Origin: an uncultured Chthonomonadaceae bacterium
GTDB taxonomy: Bacteria > Armatimonadota > Chthonomonadetes > Chthonomonadales > Chthonomonadaceae
Direction: 5' to 3'
Assembly: GCA_963817895.1 (NCBI GenBank)
Contig: CAWFQB010000001.1
Span: 480,001-544,000, forward strand
Length of the DNA: 64,000 nucleotides
In this document: positions 58,996 to 64,000 of the stretch, in pieces
Numbering within the stretch: position 1 is the stretch's first letter
Layout: every line of letters begins with the position of its first letter
Position numbers and translations under genes: made by a program
The notes under the pieces: generated by a model
What the model was told of the DNA's origin: nothing
Seen by the model: only the letters and a program-made list of their open reading frames with translations
The model's database searches: none

Positions 58996-59829
58996 TTACC
59001 CTGTGCGGATGTCGCGCAGGTATTTTGCATGGCCGTCGAGGAACAGGCGATTGCGCCCGCCGGTGTGGACGGCATCGCCTTTTAATTCATTTGGCACGGT
59101 GGGAATAGTGCGGGGGAAATAGGGGTCAACGGCCATTTCCACATCGGCGGGGCCGTCGGGAATGCCCGCCTGCGGGTTGTTGGCCTGCCGCAAATCAGCG
59201 ACGGCCTGCAATTCCATTTTGCCCCAGAACTCATCCAGGGGCGTGGGAACGTCCGGGCGGTCGAAGCGCCAGAGCCAGTAGCGCGTGATGGCTGCGTTGG
59301 GAGTGGCGTCCACCGCCTGTGCCACCTGTGGGGCGTCGCGCATCATGCTTCCCGCCACGCTTGGACAGTTCCAGATGGCCTGATTACGAGTATACGGCTG
59401 CAAGACAAGCGCGGCCCATGCCCCGCGCGGATCGGATGTCGGCCAGGTAGTCCAGGGCTTATAGCCGCCTGGAAAAGCCGTCTTTAGATCGCGGCGGTCG
59501 GGCATCAATTCGTCATAATCCTGCACATACATAGCAAACGCGGTTCCAATCTGCCGCAGATTGGACAGACACGCGGCCTGCCGCGCTTTTTCCCGCGCCT
59601 GCGCAAAGACCGGAAACAGAATCGCCGCGAGAATCGCAATAATCGCGATCACGACGAGCAATTCGATCAGGGTGAAGGCGGTGTTGGGTGTTGGGCATTT
59701 AGACCCTGTGAACTCCTTTCGCCTGAGAGCATGAAAATAGGTGACTCCCCTTCTCCCAAGCTTTTTTGGGAGAAGGGGCCGAGGGTTGAGGGCTATTTCA
59801 AAAACAGAATTTGGATTGTTGGCTGGCAT
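58996..59829 (-). CDS. Prepilin-type N-terminal cleavage/methylation protein (DUF1559-like, H-X9-DG tail)
   Basis: [62 protein letters not shown]; start uncertain. Confidence 0.88.
   Translation of the reverse strand: MPANNPNSVFEIALNPRPLLPKKLGRRGVTYFHALRRKEFTGSKCPTPNTAFTLIELLVVIAIIAILAAILFPVFAQAREKARQAACLSNLRQIGTAFAMYVQDYDELMPDRRDLKTAFPGGYKPWTTWPTSDPRGAWAALVLQPYTRNQAIWNCPSVAGSMMRDAPQVAQAVDATPNAAITRYWLWRFDRPDVPTPLDEFWGKMELQAVADLRQANNPQAGIPDGPADVEMAVDPYFPRTIPTVPNELKGDAVHTGGRNRLFLDGHAKYLRDIRTG
59745..59793. repeat. CCCCTTCTCCC..GGGAGAAGGGG palindromic repeat
   Basis: CCCCTTCTCCCAA-gcttt-TTGGGAGAAGGGG followed by CCGAGGGTTGAGGG. Confidence 0.6.
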
Positions 59830-59992
59830 GGTTTTGTGACTTGCTTGTAAACGTGTTTGTCTCTTGTTGGTTTTACCTGCGTGGCGCGTACAGAGTTCCC
59901 GAAACTTTTAAGGACGCGCCCTGCAACGTTCCCGCGATAAAATTCATAAAGTTTGTCGCGTGTATTTGCGGCTAAATTCAGGAGTGTACAGT

Positions 59993-60997
59993 ATGAGTGA
60001 CGAACCATTATTGGAACCGCGCCGGTCGAAAGCGACGTTCTGGACACGCTTGCAGGAAAAGTCGCTGCCGGAAGCGGCCTGGCTCAACGAGCAAAAACAA
60101 CTGGCGGGAATGGAACCGGCACAACGCCGGGCATGGCTGAAGCGGCTGCGCCATGGCAACAAGTTTATTCGTCAGGAGACGTTGCGCAGTTTTCACGGAT
60201 TATCGCCTGCCGTCCGGCGTCTGCTGACAGCGCAAGCCTATCAGCAGGCGCTTATGCAGCAGGTGACGCTGGCAATACCGGGCAGTTTTACAAGCATTGT
60301 CCTTCTTGTTGTTGGCGCGGTCAGCGGATGGCAATGGTTAGCGCTCAACAGCCTGTTCACAATGGTAATATGGTTCGTATTGGCAGCATATCTCCTGCCC
60401 AATCGTCAGCGGGCGCTGGCGAAAAACCTTCTGGATCAGACGTGGGACGCGCGCCTGCTTCCCTACCTGCTTATCCGACAGTATCAGAATCGCGCTAACA
60501 ATCGCTCGGAATTGAAGATATTCGGCGGGCGCAACATTCGCAATGCGCTGGTTCGGCTGCTGCCGCTGGCGCAGGAGAGCGATGTGGCGGAATGGACGGG
60601 AACGCATTGGAACTATATGCTGTACTATCTGTGGAATCCGCATGACGACGTGGAGATCACCCTTCTGACGCTGAACTTCGTCGCGCGATACGGCAATGAG
60701 CAGGCGTTGCGCGCGGTGGAGGCGATGACCAAAAAGCAAATTAATCTGGAACACGCGACCACGATAGGAGCCGCGCGAACCGCGCTGGAAGCCAATCGCG
60801 AGGTGATACAGGCTGCGGCAGAAGCCTGCCTGCCGCCCCTGCGGGCCTCGGTCGCGCTGCAAAAGCAGGCGCAAACCCTGCTGCGTCCATCAGGCGAAAC
60901 GCCCGCAATGGGACAAGATATTTTACTCCGTCCCGCGTCCGCTTACATGACGGACACGCCCGCCGAACAACTGCTGCGCCCCGGAAGCGCGGAGTAG
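59993..60997 (+). CDS. Membrane protein with triple LLRP C-terminal tail (paralog 3)
   Basis: Two TM helices, tail TLLRPS..ILLRPA..EQLLRPG; ATG after AGGAG. Confidence 0.75.
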   Translation: MSDEPLLEPRRSKATFWTRLQEKSLPEAAWLNEQKQLAGMEPAQRRAWLKRLRHGNKFIRQETLRSFHGLSPAVRRLLTAQAYQQALMQQVTLAIPGSFTSIVLLVVGAVSGWQWLALNSLFTMVIWFVLAAYLLPNRQRALAKNLLDQTWDARLLPYLLIRQYQNRANNRSELKIFGGRNIRNALVRLLPLAQESDVAEWTGTHWNYMLYYLWNPHDDVEITLLTLNFVARYGNEQALRAVEAMTKKQINLEHATTIGAARTALEANREVIQAAAEACLPPLRASVALQKQAQTLLRPSGETPAMGQDILLRPASAYMTDTPAEQLLRPGSAE

Positions 60998-61053
60998 CGA
61001 GAAACAGGGCGCAACCCTGAACAAATCTATAACAATCTATAAGGTATCCGTTC

Positions 61054-61752
61054 GTGGAAACATTCTCAACTCTGGACGTGTCGCAGCCATTGGTGGAACA
61101 ACTGCCACCCCTGCCCCGCGAATTCTATTTGCAGGACACGCTGCTTGTCGCGAAACGTTTGCTCAATTGCCTGCTGGTACATGATGGCGCGGATGGCCTG
61201 ACAGTGGGGCGCATCTCGGAAACGGAAGCGTATACCCACAATGACCCCGCCTGCCATGCCTTTACGCGCAAAACCACCCGCAACGCGGCTATGTTCGGCC
61301 CGCCCGGACATGCGTACCTGCATCTGAATTATGGCCTGCACTGGTGCTTTAACGCCGTGACCGCGCCGGAAGATGTTGCCGAGGCCACGCTTGTCCGCGC
61401 TCTGGAACCTCTGGTCGGTGTGGAACTTATGCGGCGGAGGCGTGGTCTAGTGGAAGAGGAAGCGTTGCGCGACGGGACAGACGCAGCAATTATTGCCAGA
61501 CAAACTGTGAAGACAGGAAACTTTTTGTGCGGCGGTCCGGGCAAATTGGCGGTGGCAATGGGCATTACATCGCCGCTCAACACACTTGATTTAACTTTGG
61601 GACGAACGCTCTGGATCGCGCCCCCCACCGCGCAAACCGAGTACGCGGAACCGGACGCTATAGTGGAAACAACGCGCATCGGCATCACCAAAGCCGCCGA
61701 TTATCCCTGGCGCTTTTATCTGCGCAGTGAACCCTACCTTTCAAGAAGATGA
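61054..61752 (+). CDS. mpg: 3-methyladenine DNA glycosylase (MPG/AAG family)
   Basis: GRISETEAY, MFGPPGHAY..YGLHWCFN, LVRALEP, GPGKL, RIGITKA..PWRFY. Confidence 0.93.
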   Translation: METFSTLDVSQPLVEQLPPLPREFYLQDTLLVAKRLLNCLLVHDGADGLTVGRISETEAYTHNDPACHAFTRKTTRNAAMFGPPGHAYLHLNYGLHWCFNAVTAPEDVAEATLVRALEPLVGVELMRRRRGLVEEEALRDGTDAAIIARQTVKTGNFLCGGPGKLAVAMGITSPLNTLDLTLGRTLWIAPPTAQTEYAEPDAIVETTRIGITKAADYPWRFYLRSEPYLSRR

Positions 61753-61792
61753 GCCTTTTAAGAAAACAACCCTTGTTGAAGAGATAACATCT

Positions 61793-63085
61793 GTCAGCGA
61801 CCCCATGCGTAAACGCAGGGGCTTGTCCCTAATCTCAGGCCGTAGCCGTTGACTGGAACAATAGGCCCGCCGACAGAGAGGCCCGTGCTGCCAGATTTTG
61901 CGCGGCATTAACGTCCGCGTTGGTCTGGTAGCCACATTGGAGGCAACAAAAACTCTCCTGCGACTTGCGGTTGGCGCGTTCGCAGTGCTGGCATTGCGAA
62001 CAGGTCTGCGAACTGTAACGCGGGTCTACTTCAATCACGGTGACGCCCGCGCGTTTCGCTTTGTAGTGCAGGAAGGTTTTGAGTTGCAGAAATGCCCAGT
62101 TGTGGAGTTTGGTACGAAACGCCCGATGCAAGCCGTTGCCTCGATTGCGGATGCCTGTAAGCAGTTCCACCGCGAGTGCCTTCTTTCGGAGAAGCGCGTT
62201 TTGTACCAGTTCTTTGCTGATGCGGTGGTTCTCGTTGCGGACGAAGCGGCTTTCTTTGCGTCGCGTCTTTTGCAGATGTTTGCGCGCCGAGCGGGTCTTG
62301 CGGGGTTGTAGTAGTTGGCGCAGACGGCGGTACTTGCGCCGCGCACGCTGGACGGGTTCGCCCGTGTAGCGGTGGCCTTCACTGTCGGTCGCCACGTTGA
62401 CCAGCCCTAAATCCACGCCAATCACGCCCTCTGGCTTGAAAGGTTCGGCTTCGGGTACATCTAGGGGGCAGGACAGATAGAACACGCCGTCGCGCAATAG
62501 AAGATCGGATTGCCCCCGCTTACCTTGCAGGAGTGCCTTCTGTTCCTTTGAGCATAGGAACGGGATTTTGAGCCGTCCCTGCGTCGTGGCAATGTTGCAG
62601 ACCTGCGCTTCCACATCCCAATCCAGCAGGCGGGCGTCGAGTTCAACCGCTCCGAGTGGCGCGAAGGCGCGCAGAGTGCGAGTGTCGCGTTTGTAAGCGT
62701 CGGCGACTTTGGCAAGGGCGCGGATAACATGATTCGCGTGGAGTTTCGTGACCGCTTTGACGCTATGGTAGCAGAGCGTCTGCAAAGGAAACTTGCGAAA
62801 CGTGCCCGTTTCAAACGCCAATCTACTGATGCAGTTGCAGGCCGCATTGCACACGCGCATGGTTTGCGCCAGTGCAGCGTGTTGTTGCGAGTTGGTATGC
62901 AGTTTGACGACCGTACAAAGTTGCATAAATTATTGTACCGGAAAGACCAATCGAAAACAATCGTTTGGAACCCAATAGAAAGGCAGGAACGCGGAAGTTT
63001 TTCGATTGGATAGCCTTTTGCTGAGACAAAAGTTTCCCAACAGGAAAGCCATTCCTCCGCATTGCTAAAGCAAGCGGCTTCCTGA
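61793..63085 (-). mobile_element. TnpB-only (IS1341-like) IS200/IS605-family element
   Basis: tnpB flanked by related subterminal hairpins AAGCCGCTTGCTTTAGCAATGCGG (left) and AAGCCCCTGCGTTTACGCATGGGG..TGAC (right); no tnpA; left end approximate. Confidence 0.75.
61835..62926 (-). CDS. tnpB: TnpB RNA-guided endonuclease
   Basis: RuvC GVDLG, AVELL, NADVNAA; Zn finger CSQC..CLQC; HRISKELV. Confidence 0.93.
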   Translation of the reverse strand: MQLCTVVKLHTNSQQHAALAQTMRVCNAACNCISRLAFETGTFRKFPLQTLCYHSVKAVTKLHANHVIRALAKVADAYKRDTRTLRAFAPLGAVELDARLLDWDVEAQVCNIATTQGRLKIPFLCSKEQKALLQGKRGQSDLLLRDGVFYLSCPLDVPEAEPFKPEGVIGVDLGLVNVATDSEGHRYTGEPVQRARRKYRRLRQLLQPRKTRSARKHLQKTRRKESRFVRNENHRISKELVQNALLRKKALAVELLTGIRNRGNGLHRAFRTKLHNWAFLQLKTFLHYKAKRAGVTVIEVDPRYSSQTCSQCQHCERANRKSQESFCCLQCGYQTNADVNAAQNLAARASLSAGLLFQSTATA

Positions 63086-63095
63086 ATTTAATTCG

Positions 63096-63959
63096 GTGAC
63101 CGTATCCAATTTAGGCTATTATCTGCTGCTGCCGCCCCCCTGGCTTGCTGCCCTGTTGAGCGGGCTGTTCGCGCTGCTGGCGTGGCGTCTGCGCTGGCTG
63201 ACGGGGCGGGGAGCCGTTTCGACGTTTATTGTCGGCTTCTGCATCTTCTGGTTTGGCGGCGGCAAAGCCATCGTACCCCTGCTGGTTTTCTTCCTGTCGT
63301 CCTCCCTCCTTTCCAGATGGAGCAGGGCGCGTTCCCGAAACGGCAACAATCAGGAGAACATCCACTCGGAAAAGGGCAGTACAAGGGACGCGGGGCAGGT
63401 GTGGGCGAATGGCGGCATGGCGGTTGCCATCATTCTGCTGCACCGCCTGCTCGTTCTGCGCGGCCTGCCGACGTTTCGATTGGAGCAGTTTCCCACCCTG
63501 TTTCTGGCCGCGCTTGCCACTGTGAACGCCGACACCTGGGCAACCGAATTAGGCCGCCTGTCGGGACAAACGCCCCGTTCCCTGCGCGACTGGAAGCCGA
63601 TTACGCCGGGAAGTTCGGGCGCGATTTCCCTCGCAGGCACACTGGCAACGGTTGTGGGCGCGGTTATCGTACCGCTGTCCGTATACTGGTTCTGGCCCCT
63701 GAATCTGGCGCAGTTCGTGTGCGTATGCTGGGCGGGCGTTATGGGCAGCCTGATTGACAGCCTGCTCGGAGCCAGCCTGCAAGCGCAGTACCGCGACCTG
63801 ACAAGCAACGAACTGACGGAACGCGAAAATGTAAACGGACGCGCCACCAAACATGTTCGCGGCCTGCTGTGGCTGACCAACGATTGGGTTAACTTCTTCG
63901 CCAGCGTGGGCGGCGTCCTCTGCGCCTACTACCTCCTCCGCCATAGCCATTTAATGTAA
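63096..63959 (+). CDS. DUF92 (TMEM19-family) membrane protein
   Basis: RDAGQVWANGG, ADTWATELG, GSSGAISLAGT, DSLLGASLQ, NDWVNF. Confidence 0.92.
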   Translation: MTVSNLGYYLLLPPPWLAALLSGLFALLAWRLRWLTGRGAVSTFIVGFCIFWFGGGKAIVPLLVFFLSSSLLSRWSRARSRNGNNQENIHSEKGSTRDAGQVWANGGMAVAIILLHRLLVLRGLPTFRLEQFPTLFLAALATVNADTWATELGRLSGQTPRSLRDWKPITPGSSGAISLAGTLATVVGAVIVPLSVYWFWPLNLAQFVCVCWAGVMGSLIDSLLGASLQAQYRDLTSNELTERENVNGRATKHVRGLLWLTNDWVNFFASVGGVLCAYYLLRHSHLM

Positions 63960-64000
63960 TTCACCACCCGCTGCGCTAGAGACACAGAGACACAGAGAGG
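63960..64000. repeat. Left arm of a (CACAGAGA)n element, truncated by the window end
   Basis: ttcaccac..agagacacagagacacagag. Confidence 0.6.

Noticed and set aside
1..64000. tRNA, rRNA, riboswitch, integrase or prophage genes
   Set aside because: None recognised by eye; a covariance-model scan would be needed to exclude small RNAs

Overview
GC-rich bacterial chromosomal segment. Inference: probably Armatimonadota, based on a DUF1559-type prepilin-like gene, a DUF6785/6784-type membrane protein and lineage-style LLRP-tail paralogs. About 55 genes: housekeeping and stress functions (KaiC-like ATPase plus kinase, MerR, ABC transporter, PspA, IscS, sigma70, LpdA, Ca/H exchanger, KimA-like permease, MPG) mixed with accessory DNA. 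Best candidates for undescribed systems: (1) an AT-richer two-gene operon, DUF3800/RNase-H-fold-helical protein followed by HEPN-STAND-TPR (20166-24909), resembling a two-nuclease defence module; (2) a pair of AAA_35-type STAND NTPases, one with a WD40 sensor and one with a class III nucleotide cyclase, flanking a toxin-antitoxin island (36725-44634); (3) three membrane-protein paralogs sharing a triple LLR[PA] C-terminal tail. Mobile and repeat DNA: an IS3-family element interrupting an ankyrin gene, a TnpB-only IS200/IS605 element, a 120-bp MITE with a TTA duplication, GTAG-type REP/REPIN palindromes, and 7-8-bp tandem repeats, some translated inside genes. At least five genes carry small frameshifts, probably assembly errors. 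No rRNA, tRNA or CRISPR array seen. All family assignments come from reading motifs by eye, not from database searches.
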